From: a virus
Lineage: Duplodnaviria; Heunggongvirae; Uroviricota; Caudoviricetes
Length of the DNA: 6,125 bases
Virus record (IMG/VR): IMGVR_UViG_2695420564_000002
Span: 1-6,125 of that record
Reading direction: 5' to 3' (one strand)
This document shows, in pieces, positions 5,985-6,125 of the stretch (positions within the stretch are counted from its first letter, which is position 1; each line of letters begins with the position of its first letter). The position numbers and the translations under genes were made by a program. The notes below the pieces were generated by a model. That model had not been told where the DNA came from. It worked only from the letters and a program-made list of their open reading frames with translations, and did no database searches.

Positions 5985-6125
5985 GCACTTCCGCCACGAA
6001 GGAAGACTCCAGCACGCCAGCACGATGACCGCCAGTTGCGGCCGCCCACGCTTTAGCGATCGCCATTCCTTCGCCTTTCGGATCGTTTTCCGGGTGAACG
6101 GCAATCAGCGTCGGTACACCGAATC
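5985..6125 (-). CDS. ilvC: Internal fragment of ketol-acid reductoisomerase (no start, no stop; runs off the window edge)
   Basis: Minus-strand translation [45 protein letters not shown] matches an internal block of E. coli IlvC as I recall it (…[55 protein letters not shown]…). Similarity stops after …VAEV at plus position 5985. The 27 nt at 5958-5984 are unassigned and the frame reads on without a stop into the AT-rich ORF, so the end is not a natural gene end. Confidence 0.65.

Noticed and set aside
1-6125. CRISPR arrays, tRNA or rRNA genes, integrase or transposase genes, IS inverted repeats or att-like direct repeats at the junctions
   Set aside because: No regularly spaced short repeats, no tRNA-like structure, and no recombinase-like ORF on either strand; no terminal inverted or direct repeats were recognisable by eye at the breakpoints.

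Overview
This 6.1 kb window is a patchwork of segments that do not belong together in a normal Escherichia coli chromosome. I read it as five blocks. (1) 1-258 holds a coding-like open frame I cannot identify, ending at a cluster of ambiguous bases (259, 263, 266). (2) 267-1345 is the 3' end of a DUF1471-family periplasmic protein gene (ydgH-like), a hairpin terminator, and the 5' part of an APC-family amino-acid antiporter gene (ydgI-like), cut off at a second N cluster (1346-1356). (3) 1358-5047 is a minus-strand P2-like myophage baseplate and tail-fibre module in canonical order V-W-J-I-H, with overlapping stop/start codons; H is truncated and V has lost its upstream partner. (4) 5048-5957 is a sharply AT-rich block (about 28% G+C on hand-counted lines against about 60% in the tail genes) carrying a promoter-like element, a strong ribosome-binding site and a 268-aa plus-strand ORF for a predicted multi-pass membrane protein I do not recognise. 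(5) 5985-6125 is an internal minus-strand fragment of ketol-acid reductoisomerase (ilvC), with no start or stop. The most interesting candidate is the AT-rich membrane-protein gene sitting moron-style at the head of the baseplate operon. The main caveat is that the abrupt junctions, two of them at N clusters, may mean the window is a misassembly or artificial composite rather than a real locus. All identifications are from reading the translations against remembered protein families; no searches were run.
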